A stretch of DNA of 64,000 nucleotides. Source: Blasia pusilla (taxonomy: Eukaryota). Below the pieces are notes generated by a model. It ran no database searches. It was not told the origin of the DNA and worked only from the letters and a program-made list of their open reading frames with translations. The stretch is from positions 45,508,001 to 45,572,000 of the forward strand of contig CM114271.1 in NCBI GenBank assembly GCA_050084515.1, in the 5' to 3' direction. Shown piece by piece: positions 38,326-51,301 of the stretch (position 1 is its first letter; each line of letters opens with the position of its first letter). Made by a program: the position numbers and the translations under genes.

Positions 38326-38869
38326 ATGCTGAAATTTAATTTGAGTTTCGACTAGTATCAAAAGATTGAATACATATCCTTTAGACCATGAATCTGCAAG
38401 TGTATTTGAAGGAACTAACATAAATTTGCATTTGCATTTGATGGGGAATCTTTAAGCTAAGCTTGTTTACTTGAAATTGTGTTCTTTTCGATTGACTCAT
38501 TGTAAGGTGGAATAGGTTAGGGTGGAATATACCATGACTTTCAATTCATTGAAAGTAGAACCTCTAGTAGTATTAGTGTGCAAGAACGATGGTTTGTGAT
38601 GGTTATTTGTTCCAACATAATTAGCGAATACACATATAGTAAATTTATGATGTAATGTCTTAGGTCTTTCCCCTTAAATAGAAAAAGTACCATATGAAGA
38701 CTTACAGAAAGAGTCAGTCAAATTTATCATATGTAAAGATTTGAATGGAGTTGAATGATGAAGGAGGACTCGAGAGGACTAAACATGCTTCACATTATGA
38801 TATACATCATTGGAATGAGAGTAAGATGAACAAATGAAGAGAAGAAATGCTATCATGGTAGCATATTTG

Positions 38870-41800
38870 TTTTGTAGGCGAAAGTTGTGGGTTGGGTTTG
38901 AAAGTTCCGATGAGTTGCGTAATCCGCATGTAGTGGAGAAGCCGTTGTGCGCTAATCAGGTGCGAGTCTCCCAACGTCTTCCCATAGATCTAGCAAACCT
39001 CCCAAGTTGCTCCTACCAAGATCTTGCAAGAGAAGTGTTCTAAAGTCTTAACATGAGAAAAATGATTTGAGAAAGATATCTCTCTCTCTCTTATACTTTT
39101 GGGAAGAGGCAAAAGCCCTTCCCTAATAATGGCCTTAAAAATGGTAACTTGCGTGCAAAGGTTATCGGGTGATTGTTGATTTGTTCGACACGTCATACGA
39201 CTGAAAATAGCAAAAGAGGGGACTTAACAAAAATGACAATTTTGATTCAATGGACTTGTCATCAACTTTATCTGATACCTTTGGACAAAGTTACGCCCAA
39301 ATAACCTGATGATCCTCTATATCGTTGACACAATAGAACTCTACTTGTTGGTTAACTAAGATGTGATATGTGGTTTGCGACCCGTATTTGATTAATTACT
39401 CCCGAAGATGGCTTGGCGGAAGGTAAAGAGGTAGATGCATTGGTGATGAAGCTAGTAATTCCACCCTCTCGAATTTATAAATCTTACAGAAAAATGAAGG
39501 CGTATGGAAATCACTTTCGAGTTGATGAGGGAGATTCGATAGCATGATCAACTTATGATTATGGGATAGCTTCTATTTTTACTTATGAGTATGGAGTGGG
39601 GAATGATAGGACTTCAAAGTATGCTTATGTTGGGATATTACAAGAGATTTTGGTCTTGGACTATGGAATCATAGATCATCTAATCCTTACGAAGATGGGT
39701 TCTTCTTGGCAAACTTTCATAAGTGCTTACTATGCGGACAAGAGCCATTTGTATTTCCTAGCCAAGCGGAGCAAGCTTTCTTTGCTGATGTAGAAGAAAA
39801 ACCTGGCTGGAAAATTGTGTTTCAAAAACAAGCTCGTGGTAGAAGAGTAGTTGGTGGTGGTGTTGATCATGATTGTTATCACCATGTTGACTTGTCTAGT
39901 TTTAAACCACAAGCAAACATTGAAATAGGAAACATGGAGATATGTTTAGAGGGGGCTGTTACCCTTACAATAGCAGAATCTACATTGGCTGCAAATAAAT
40001 TTCCATCTGATAATATAGGAGATGCAAGCAATCGTTCAGATTCTGATATGGTGTCAAAATCAGATTCTAGTGACTCTTAAATTTTAATTGTTCAGAGTCA
40101 GGATATTTGGTTTGATCCGTATTATGGTGCCAAGAGAATCTACGTTTATAAAATGAAAATACCTACTTTCAATTTGAGACAAGGTTCTGGGTTGAGGCCC
40201 AAGGTATCTCAAATTTTTACTGGATGGTACTCAAGAGATACTACCACTAACACTGTGGATTGTTCAACTATAAGGGAAGATGGTCCTACAGGTGAGGACA
40301 TTGAGTATTTTCTTGCTAGGGAGGAGCGATGCAAACTTGTGAGGGAAAAAGCTTTAGAAATCAGCAAAGAGTTTTTGTTAGTGGTCGAGTTTGTATGCGA
40401 TCATTTTAAAATAGGATGCGGTAAATCCTTTGGATCCCTTTTATATGTGTATCACTCTTCATGCTTGACCCTACAGTTCTAAATCCTCTTTGATGCATGG
40501 ACTAACCATATGTACTCTTGATGAGAAATCTCCTACCTTGGAGACCTACTTATTGATATTTTCTTGTACTACTCAAAGTGGCTTCTATTTTTTTCTTCCT
40601 TTCAGATTGGCTATGAAAAGTGCACCTCCTAAGGTGCAACCTCCCAGACGCATGAGTAGTGAGGGGGTAGGATCATCCATCCCCTACAAGAAACACCATA
40701 CTCGACAATGTCGTCTAGAAGAGACGATGGATGGGTCCAATGATGGATCATTGCAGAATTCAGATGATACATCAGAGTCAGATGGAGGGTTTGATGTGAA
40801 AATGGAGAAGGGATCCTCAGATTCTCCATCTGAGACACCAATGATGAATAATACATCACCTTCAAAAGTGCCATCTATGCACCATTCAAAAAAGCGACCT
40901 AAGTTGAGTTGACCAAAGGTAATGAAGATCAATATTGAAGCAAACTCATGTTCACTCTACTTTAAATTTCACCCAACAATTTTGTGAGATAGTGTTCTTC
41001 AATAAGACTAGAAAAGATTCAAAGGAGAAAATGATATCATATTTCCCAATCCCTCTAATGTGAAGGAGAAGAGTGATTGCATTATTCATTCATAGAATTG
41101 TAATGTGTGATACTAATCTAGCGATGGTATAAACAAGAGGTGCCACCTATGGTTGGAGATGGTAAATACCACATGCCACCCACCAATCAATGGTCCATGT
41201 CTTCATATCCAAGGTTTCTACAATGTTCCTCCAGGTGGGATTTTTGTAGTGCACTCGATCTCCCTCTCTTGATATTTCATTATAGCTTTTAATCGTAAGA
41301 TTCTTTGCTGAATTTTACCAAGTGTTTTCTTCTCTAGGATGAGGATCTAATTTTTGGATGTTTATAATTGCAATTGACACCAGGACCCTACTATCCGTCA
41401 AATCCATATTATGGGATGCTACCCACGCATGGTATCTCGAATGCAACACAAGAGCCTCCTACTACAAATATCATTGAGAAGTCTTCGGGGCGCCATCCTC
41501 GAGGTCCAACTCCTCCAAGTGGTTAGTATCCTTGTTAAAAATAAATTGCAGTGCATGAACTCGATTTGTTTAAGAAAACTCTTTGAATCTCTTTTCTTAT
41601 CTCTCATTATCCTTTGTAATATTGCTGAAACTATGTCTAGTGATCCTATTTGTGGCCTTGTTACAGCAAGCTTTCTAGCTCGTCATCATCGCCGAGAAAG
41701 CCTCAAGAAATAGAAAACAAATACAAGGGCTCTACTTGAAAAGGGATTGAAGCCAAGAGTGGAAGTTACATCATCCGGAGAAATTATTTCTGGTTGTGTT

Positions 41801-43560
41801 GGGAAGACAACTTGGCATGATGAGTTGAAGGTTTGTGCCCTTTGTTGTTTGGACCTTAGTACACATGATGTGGCAAAACAATCTAAGTTTGACATCAATA
41901 CTGTGAGAAGAGAGATGGAAGAAGGTTGGGAGTACGTTGGGTATGAGTTGAGTGATTGATTTTTTAAGTCGACCTTAGCAAATATAATGAAAAGAGAAAG
42001 AGCTCGTTTGAAGAAGCTCTTTTATAACTTAGGGCTTAGCATGGATTGCCCAACACCTTCATATGTACTTCTTGATACTTGGGAAGCCCTCAAAAATTAT
42101 TTGCTTTCACCGGAGGGAATGGAAAAATCAGAGAGGATGAAGATAAATAGAGGCAAGGTTGAGCATCCTAATCGGACGGGTCGAACTGGTCACAAAGGAG
42201 TGAGACTTTCTTTGGTATGTAATTGCTTTCTACTTTAATTTGTTGAATCTCTACTTGGTTTTCATATGTATCATGTGAAGGTTCTAATTAAGAATCTAGT
42301 TCTGATCTTGTAGACAAAAGAAAGGGAGAGAGCCCTTCATTACAGCAGTTGGGAGATTCACTTGGGACATGTGGGGGTGGCCCTAGTTAGCACACTGTCG
42401 ACACCATGGTAACTTGCCTTCCTTCATAATTTTTTTGTACTCTCACCCATATCAGGGGATTCATTTTTGTATGTTTTTAATTCCTATTCAGATGTGTAAG
42501 CCTTCTTGTGATACTGTACTTTTTTGTAGGGATCTGGTTCTACATTGACACACCAGATGGAAGCTTTAGAGAAAGAGGCACAATCTACACAGAGTGAGTT
42601 AAAGGCTATTAGGCAGACCCTAGGTTTGATTCAAGAGATGGTCTCCAAGTTTGTAGTGGAATCATCTAAAAACCCAAGTTCACCTTCCTTGGCTCCTACC
42701 TTGAATGTGAGAAAAAATGAGAGTCCCCAACCATTGGTTGATGTGGACGTGGACAGAGAAACTAAAAAAAAAGCTACATTATCTCCCTGTCTTACAACTA
42801 GTAATCCACACCCAACTACTATTAGGGAGGCTGCATATTGCATTGAGGAGGGATTTAAACTAGATGAGTCCACCTTGGTGTCAAATAGAGAAGAACAAAA
42901 CAAGCAAGATGGTAAACATCACCTTCAACCAAAGCAAGGGGTTCCAAAGAAGAAGAAGGCGTCTTGAGTGGAGAAGAAAGAGAAATTGGCTGTAAGTTTG
43001 AGACCTGGTCCATCAATATTTTTTCCCTTCTATCTTCTTCCCTATTCTTTTCACTGAATCCTCTTATATTGCATTCAAACTTCAATAGGAACAACTCAAG
43101 TGTTTGACCATGTTCATGTATACATTGTAGACCAGCCAAGCACATCCTATCTTTTCTTCCAATATTCCTAACATTGGTTGGAGCATTTTGAAGGTAACTC
43201 TTGTGGTTGTGTTAGTGATGTATTCTCTTTTGTTTCATGCATGTGTAGAGTGTATATTCTTGGATTTATCATTTCAAGTGAACAAGTTATACTCATGGTC
43301 TTTGGTTGTGTTTGTATCAACTTGTGATAGGTGATTAAGTCTTGATGAAGCAAAACAAAAACACACGCCAACCTATGGGAGCAAGATATGTATCAGGTCT
43401 TGCAAGTCGAGATATTATCCATGGGAAAGCAATCCCATTTGGATTTGTGAGGGTTGATATCAAGGTAATTTTGAATGGCGATGTTGAACTGCCATTTCCA
43501 AACCGTGATGATGATCCCCACAATTGTTCTTGAACCATTCTGCTGGGTCTTAGGTCTTAT
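38870..43560 (+). mobile_element. Degenerate CACTA/En-Spm transposon remnant (TnpD C-terminus plus TnpA-like ORF fragments)
   Basis: AYGNHFRV, YVGILQEILVLDYG and EPFVFPSQAEQAFFADVEEKPGWKIV (DUF4216-like end of TnpD); WEALKNYLLSPEGMEKSERMKINRGKV...TGRTG (Transposase_24-like); IHGKAIPFGFVRVDIKVILNGDVELPFPN (En/Spm C-terminal domain). Frameshifted; TIRs not found. Confidence 0.8.
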
Positions 43561-44586
43561 GGCCTGAAAGGTTATTGAAGAAAGAGACTCCATTGGAATA
43601 GTGACCATATCTTATAGAAGCACAACCAATTGTGACTATTATGAATGGATTTTTTTCCATTGGAATAGGTTACAAGACTCTTTTGTTTAATCTGAAACTC
43701 CTATTTTGTTGGAGTTCGTGATCAGAATCCTATTTTCTTGCATTTTGTTATCACATTGACTTGTGTTTTTTAATCTGGATGCTTCCTTTGTTTCTCTCCT
43801 TTCCTCCCTTGGCATGTGTTTGAAAGACTCATATATAGAAAGTCTAGCCTTCCCAAGCCTTGCCTAGGTGTATAACCCTGTCCAAAACCCCAATATTGCT
43901 CCAAGAAGGTGATGTAAGCCCAAAAGCCACTCAAAATATGTACAACAAGTTCCTAATTAACCAATCAGGAAACCTCCAAGAGGGTTCTAAGAAATCCCCC
44001 GAAAGGATGACAAATAGACATAGGTCACCAAGGGAGACCAATAGGTTACTCCTATCCTCTCAATCTCTAACTATATACATATATCCCTTGAATTGGGTTG
44101 CACCATCTATTCTTGTTTGACTACAACTAGCGTGACATAATTGTGTTTCCATATTCATTGAGAAATTTGGATTTAAAAAAATCTTGACGACTTTCAGTTC
44201 ATTATTATTTGTTGTATGAATCTCTCCATATGCACAAAATTTCTCCAAAGCATCATTGATGCATGAATAATGTATATCGAATAAAAATAAATTTAGTATA
44301 AGAAATCATATTTTGAAGTGCAAGAAAAAATCATTTATTGAAATTAGTATACGATCCCATATGAGTTAGGGACCCAATAAATGAGGAATTTAAAGTTGGA
44401 CATGGTTGGAATAATTTGGAGATTGAAAATAATTCTCATTATTTTGAATAATCCTCATTAATAAGTCCGAGTGGACTTATTAAGTTATTATGTGTGTAAC
44501 CGAAGCCTCTCATGACAAGAATGAGGTTGGCTTGACAATTAGAAAATTATGGAATGTTTGTGTGAATTTGTGCTTGCTCGTTACAA

Positions 44587-44806
44587 TCTATACTATTAAT
44601 AGAGGATGGGTTTAGAGAATCCCTCCTCCTCTCGATACCTGTCCTTTGAGGGCTTTCTTGGTGTTGACACATGTCAACATCAAGAATTAAATGTAATGAA
44701 GAAGAGAAAGGAAAACTGAATGAATAGGGAAATCGAAGATTTGATGATAAAATTTTTTTATTCCAAGATTTCATGTTAGCTATGCGTAGCACAAGAAATG
44801 CTCTAG
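44587..44806 (+). mobile_element. Short Helitron-like element
   Basis: 5' A|TCTATACTATTAATAGAGGATGGGTTTAGAGAATCCC, similar to the 28513 copy; 3' GCTATGCGTAGC hairpin then CTAG at 44803-44806. Confidence 0.6.
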
Positions 44807-45346
44807 GTTTGTTTAATTGAAAATATTTTTGATACATGATTGTTCTTATGTATGGACTCTATGATTGGATATTTTTAAAAGAAAAAGTGTGTATGGATGG
44901 TGATAGCGATGCATATGCATATGGTATAATCATGAAAATAAACAAATAAATATGATTAGAAAATAGAATAATACAAACCCCTATAAGACTATAATTATGG
45001 GCTAAGTCACAAGAAGATATTTGAAACCTCAATTTTTTTGATAATTAAAAAAAAAACCTTCCATGCATATAAAGCATGGATGGTACATTACAAGATCAAT
45101 TATCTTGCTGCTTTTCAATCTATGTACTATGTTTATAGACATGTGGAACTCTTTACTTATATGTTTTTTCTAGACGTGTGGAATTTTGGATGGAAAGGCG
45201 TAAAGATTAATTCAAAGGAAATTTACCTTTGCTTCTCCTAAAATGCCATCAACTCAAACTCAGATTCTAAGAATCTCTTGAGTAATGGATATTGAAGATG
45301 AAAATATCAAGTAATATGAATATTGCGATTTGAGCAATAATAAAGA

Positions 45347-45665
45347 CTAGTAAGGTGCTCGTGCTATGCGTAGTATCTTTGAATGAGTCGAAAGTGGTTT
45401 TTTTCCAAACTAAAATGGATCACCCATGTAAAATTACATTTTCCAATAGACACATGTGAGGGTGAACTTGGGAAAACTCAATCCTCTCATTAGCATATAA
45501 ATCAGATTAGTGGATGAGCACCATGGGAACACTCTTTTGACCTTAGTTAATCATAACTAACTAATTAGATGGGACATATGTCACAACAAGAGACCACTCA
45601 AGAGGACATGTATGGAATTAGGGGATGTTTATTGATGATAAGCTCATCTCTATTAATAATACAGA
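45347..45665 (-). mobile_element. Short Helitron-like element (minus strand)
   Basis: Minus strand: A|TCTGTATTATTAATAGAGATGAG ... CGCATAGCACGAGCACCTTACTAG|T. Confidence 0.55.
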
Positions 45666-46434
45666 TAAAAATTTGAAGAAAACTCAAATTTCTAAATATA
45701 ATGTTAGATTATAACTTGATACGGTTGATGGATGCATTGCGACAAGTCCATTCATTATAAGTGGCATAAGTCACTTATACACAATTTCCCATGCTATGGA
45801 CTCGTGACCCTAATTCCATACCTAAGTCCTCTTAGAGGTAATCATGTTTTTTTCGCGGATAACTAATATTAATGAGTCTAGCCCATAAGGGTTATTTTTT
45901 CCTTCCCCGTTCTTTCATCCAGGTCGGGTATGACATATTCCATAAGTCTCCTCTTTTGATGGGATAAGTCTTCTCTTCCTCCATAGCTTGGCAGCGTGCC
46001 CAAGCATATGGGCTTTTGCGGCGGGCTCATGCTGTAGGAGACCTTGACACTAGAGGCCCACTTAGCTATAGCTATAGTTCTCCGCCCCTTGTTGATATGG
46101 TCTCTATTTTTGGTGAGTCTAGTTAGAGGGATGCCCCCTTCTACTTTTTCAGGGCCGGTTGTGACCTAGACTCCTTGAATCCCCTCTTTTGTTTTTCCTA
46201 TGGGTTTTCCATCATGCATTTTTATTGAGGCTCGTCATTTTGATTCTTATGGGTACCCATAAACCTTTCGTGCAGGCTCTCCCTTTTGTTTGTCCATCGT
46301 CCGTCCACCAATCGCCAGCGGCTCCGTAACGCAGTCCATATCCCGACGGCGCAAGCCGCGCGCTCAGCGGTGCGGGTTCCGACTCCCCGATCGGACGGGA
46401 CGATGACGGGAGGTGGACGGGAAGTGGACGGCAG

Positions 46435-48394
46435 TCAGTCCCTGGAAACGCCGGTGACATTTCCCCCTTGCAAGACAGCACTCCGCAATCTGTGGACTTT
46501 GCTGTTGGTGTTGTTGGCATTGTTGCTTTGCGGGAAAGCATCGCGAGGGGAGATATGCAGGGCGTGTGGAGGGAACAATTCGCCGACTTCGCGGTTCTCC
46601 TTGGAGGCCAGCTCGGGGATCTCGAGGGGACGCTTGAGAAGGTTCGACATTCCCAGGGCGAAGGAGCTTTTGGCGGCGGGTGAGACGGATTGTTTGCCCA
46701 AAATGGTTGCGAGAAATGTGTCAGCGAATAAGCGATTGTCGACCGTGTGGTCCGGAGCGGTCAGGGCTTCGAGATTCGTGGGAATGGAGTCGTCCTTCAT
46801 GAAGACAATCTGTGAATCCACCGGCACCATGCCAATTTGCTAAGTGAGGGAAAGGATGGTAGTATCCATCTTGACAGCATTTGAGTTACACCTGAGGTCC
46901 TGTCTGTCTGTCATCATCTTTATGCGTGATCCTCGAATATGTTCCTCCGGGCAACCGAAGTTGAGTAGCTGCTAGTTTTGCACGGTACATGAAGTTTGGA
47001 GAGTTTCGTCTCTCATGAGCCTCGTATGTCAGATTACGAATGAAAAGTATGCGCTCAAGATGCTTGTAATGGAATGGCCGTAAGACAAATCATGCGGATT
47101 GGGAACGGGTGTTAGAAGGACGCGTACCCTGAGGCCTTCTTTGGAGCGGATGATGATTGAAGATCCTGTCAGGCAATTTTTTCCTTGGAAAATGGAGTGG
47201 TACTGCTGCAAGGCGGTGCGTTCCTTGCCACCGCATTTCCCGGACTCGTAAAGCAAAGTCATCACGTTTGTCCCAGACTTCTCAGCGAATTGGAGGCCTG
47301 ACAGATCCCGAAGCATAACGATTCTTGCCGTTTTCTCCACCGGGGCTGCACTGTCACGAATGGTGAGCAATTCAAGAGTCTAGCAGCTCGATGATCGATC
47401 CCGGTCAGTGACACATTTAAATTTCCTACTTTTTTGACATGGCTGAAAGAGCTTCCTTCCTCCATGGCCTGCCTCATTCTGAGAGTTGTCGTGGGAACAC
47501 GAAAGGACGGCTTTCTGTGGATCAATTCTGTAGCTAAAGGCGTGGAAGCAGATTCACTGTATCGAGGAATCCACACAATTCAGACCTCCCTTCGGCTACT
47601 CAACATGTTAGACTTTCGCAGTTTGGGAACGAGAATGCAATGTGGTACAGGTTAAGCAATTCACTTCAACCAGCGATTTTAAAGGAATAGGATGAGGACG
47701 CAATCCATATCGTCGACACAGTCTTGATGCAGGGATCAATGCCACTTCCTGCACATCTAGGCTCGAGGATGCATATCCAGTACACCGGCCTTAAATTCCA
47801 TATAGGCCGGCCCTGGTCATAAATGTCGTAGACACCCAACCAATGACATGAAAGCTGTGACTAACGTGAGTCGGGCTGATACTAGCAGTGAAAGCTTCCT
47901 TTTAGAAGCAGATTTTTGGCGCATGTGCACGATCTCATACCTTCGATAACGTCGGTAAAGAACTCGTCCTCTTTCAGAAGTTCAGCGGCAGACTTCCCTT
48001 TCCAGTGGGATAGAAGGTCTAGAATTGCGGGAGCCACGTATATGCCAATGGTTGTGAAACTTAGTGTCTTGGTCGTGTTTCCTGGTCCCGGGATCGTTAG
48101 ATTTCTTATACCTGCTCACGATCACGATTCGCATTTGTCACAACCCTGGGTAGCTATATTTAATCAGCTAGTTCCTGATTAAGACTGCGACTGACCTCGC
48201 GAATACAGGGATACCAAGATAAATTGATGGGAAAGTGTACCTGCTCCTGCCAAAATGAGAGATTCAGATGCTTTGTTGGTTGGGCGTAAGCTAATTGTTG
48301 CCGGATACTTCGTCCCTCCCACCATCAATTTCCCAGGAGCCAACACTCCTCCTGGATCTGCCTCCTCGCATGGCTTGCCATTTGGGCAACTCAT
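46435..48394 (-). CDS. CHI: Chalcone isomerase-family protein, 4 exons
   Basis: Exons 48394-48241, 48111-47941, 47345-47128, and 46809 (or 46839)-46435. Peptide LILAGAGIRNL...FTTIGIYV...HWKGKSAAELLKEDEFFTDVIEAPVEKTARIVM...LSGLQFAEK...FQGKNCLTGSSIII...FMKDDSIP...LATILGKQSVSPAAKSSFA follows the CHI fold; the three introns lie at the usual CHI positions. Confidence 0.88.
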
Positions 48395-48522
48395 TCCGTT
48401 GAGAACACCACGATCAAGCAGCAAAGTGTTTCAAATATGGTAGGCCAGCGTCAGACGTGAAGAATGGCTGGCGAGGGGTAATCGCTGTGCTGCTGAAATG
48501 CGCTCCACAGGCGCCACCGTCC

Positions 48523-48874
48523 GCTGCCTGCGAACTTTTGAAGCCAGCGAATTTGTGGAATAAGATCAGACTACATGGAAGCTGAGAAACTCGAGACATA
48601 ACACAGCTGCTTGTGAAGTTGTGAATGTCAGCCAACTTCTGGATTAAGACCAGATTACAAGGAAGCTAGGAAGCTCCGGACATAGCTGCCTGCGAAGTTT
48701 TGAAGGTCAGCAGACTTGTGACGTAAGATCAGAGTCCATGGAAGCTGGGAAACTCGAGGCATTATAACCCGTAAGTTTTAAAACTTCCATGACCTTTTAA
48801 GTAGGATCAAAGTAAACGAAGCGTGGGAAACTAGAGACATAGCTGTGCCTGAGAAGTTTTGAAAGTCATCGACC
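48523..48874. repeat. Diverged ~80-bp tandem array (4-5 units) upstream of CHI
   Basis: Consensus-like GCTGCCTGCGAAGTTTTGAA...TAAGATCAGA...GGAAGCTG.GAAACTCGAG recurs near 48523, 48606, 48685 and 48842, with a partial unit near 48770. Confidence 0.8.
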
Positions 48875-49799
48875 TTTTACAGCAATATCATCTTAGTATC
48901 TGGAATCTGATAAAACGGGGAAACACATTTCTACTACTCATGGAGATACCATTTCGCTTGACCATGTGCATGTAAGAGAACGAGACCACCTGTGTTAGCC
49001 TGTACGCAAGGTGACTAAAATTGACCAGGGATACGAACTGGGTGTAAATACGGCATGATATGAGTCCTCGCGCATGTCCATCTGCTCGTTGAATTGCAAA
49101 ACAGCATGCCAAAAATTGCTTATAGTCATCAAACCTGGCAAGTAAGGAAATGTCAGAGTGATTGTGGTCAAGATTCGTGGCTGGAATTAAAAGTAGATTC
49201 CATCCATGGTCTCCCGAGAACCCAGTGGGTTTAGAAAAAAGGCATGAGAGGGTATGGAATTTCTGGCCGCAAGCACATGGTGATAGATCTAGACTTCACG
49301 TGCGCAACCATTCTGCCACGGCAATGGCCAAACCCACATCCTAGGCCTGCCCCGAGGTCCAATGTGGAGTGATTTCAGCTCGGGAGCCAAAAAGCTGCAA
49401 CCTCATTATAGATTCGGGAAACGACTCGGAGATGCCGGTGCTGTACCTGAGAAGTGTAACCCACCACCGCAAAAATGGAACGGTGAAGAAAATTACCGTC
49501 CACCAAGACCCTCAAATGAAAAAGCAGCAGCGCGGACTAGCCCACTGGATGCTGAGAGGCGATGATCATTTCTTACCAAGGTCGAGGATCTGAGCGTGAA
49601 TCCCTGTATTTGTATTAACTGCGCATTTGCACTGCACCTCTCTCGAATTGATGCTGTGGTCCTCGTGTCTTTCTTCCTGATCTTTTTGCCACTGGCTGCA
49701 GCTCTGGTACTGGTGATTGCAAGCCGCTACTCTCAATACTTATATATGTACGACTCTCCTAAAAAGAGCACGGGCTACAGCTCTTGTCAGCTGTAGCGA

Positions 49800-49950
49800 T
49801 TAGAGCTTCAGATCTGTTGAGCACGTAAAATTTCCGTGATTTTGCATCAGGCATGCCTTTGACGTCAGGTGTTCCGATTTGAACTTCAAATCTGCTGCAC
49901 ACGCCAAATTTTCGTGACTTTGCATTAGGCATTCCTTCGACGTCAGTTGC
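49800..49950. repeat. Tandem duplication, 2 x ~78 bp
   Basis: CTTCA.ATCTG...AAATTT.CGTGA.TTTGCAT.AGGCAT.CCTT.GACGTCAG occurs twice. Confidence 0.8.
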
Positions 49951-51301
49951 ATGCGCAAAGAGCAGACGCTTCACTGATAAGCTTTCTAGTGGCACGGAAA
50001 GCGTGATTGCTGCTCGCAGTTAGGTACTAGACACCTTTCCGATTTGGTCACCACACTTCTGTTGTGAAGTCCGCGTGCCATGTACATTCATTCCCCTTGT
50101 CTCTCAAGTGAGTCTTTCATCAGATGATGCAAAGCTTCTTGTGGCCACTCACATCCAAGTATGGACATTCTCCACCCTTCTGCTTCTCTCCAGATCGTAA
50201 TGAAGCTGGAGTCTGCTGCTGTCCACGGATTCAATCGATGCTGATCTACTCTACTCAATGAACGAAAACGAGTTTCACATGAAAGTGCACAGTTGCGAAC
50301 TAGCCATGAGGTTTCCCTCAGAGACTGCCTGCGTTTAGGGACCTTGTCTAGCATGACTTGATGTGAAATGATCCAGTCGAGTATCTCCATGCCCGATAAT
50401 CCTCGGAAGAGCCCTTAGCACCCACGTTACAATTCCTATTTTTACCGAGTTTAATGACAAACAATTGCGCAGCTGCTGATTCTGCTCTTCTTAACTAAAC
50501 CTTTCGAGGAGAAGACGGCAATAAAGGCATAGAAAGAATTCCATCTGTTGCACCTCTAGGTAGTTGCACTTGGGATCCAGGCGTGCTAATAGGCGCCCAG
50601 GTGACAGTAGATGCAGGTCAGTAACATCTACAATTGAATGGAGAGGGTTTCAGGTGCGATAAATTTCAGGAATGATCCTTGGCACAATCTTATAAGTTAT
50701 TATTTCACTTTTTGTTTAATCACTAGCGACATTCTGAGCAGTATTGAGTGGTCAATACGTTCCAGATAGGTGATCATATGGCTTAAGAAGTCCTACGCAC
50801 TCAGACATTAGAACTTGGACCCTGCCAATTGGACTGGTCTTTGGTTGAACGCATTGAACAGACGAGGCACAATGTTACTTGCTCTGAAGCCCGTTCAGAG
50901 ACAGGGTAATTCTTGGTTCAGAAAGGAGGATTTGGTCGCACAACTCCCACCCATGAGACAATGCAAAGTGCCAAAAGACTTTGAACCCATCCATGAAAGC
51001 ATGTGGCCAGATCTTTCCCAGAAAAGCAGGAGGGTCTTCTGCTCAAAACGATGAGATTCTGACCTCTAGTATGCTAGCACATTCCTGTCTGAAATCCAAC
51101 ACAACCCACCATACATGTCACCCTGGATGCCGCAAGATACATGCAATCAAACCTGTGTGGCACTCTTCCTGATCCAAAACTGTGTTCCAGAAGTGTACTA
51201 CAGGTCAAGTATTTGGAACTCTGAAGGCTGGACAGATCTCTAGATCCATTTCCTTTATTTCTGTGTTGATACTTGTACAAAGAGAATCCATTGAGAAGCA
51301 A

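Noticed and set aside
37900-44400. CACTA terminal inverted repeats
   Set aside because: No convincing CACTA...TAGTG pair was found by eye, so the element limits are left at the coding remnants.
48523-48874. CRISPR-like array
   Set aside because: Whole units are homologous and diverged, with no identical repeats and unique spacers; no cas genes; eukaryotic context.
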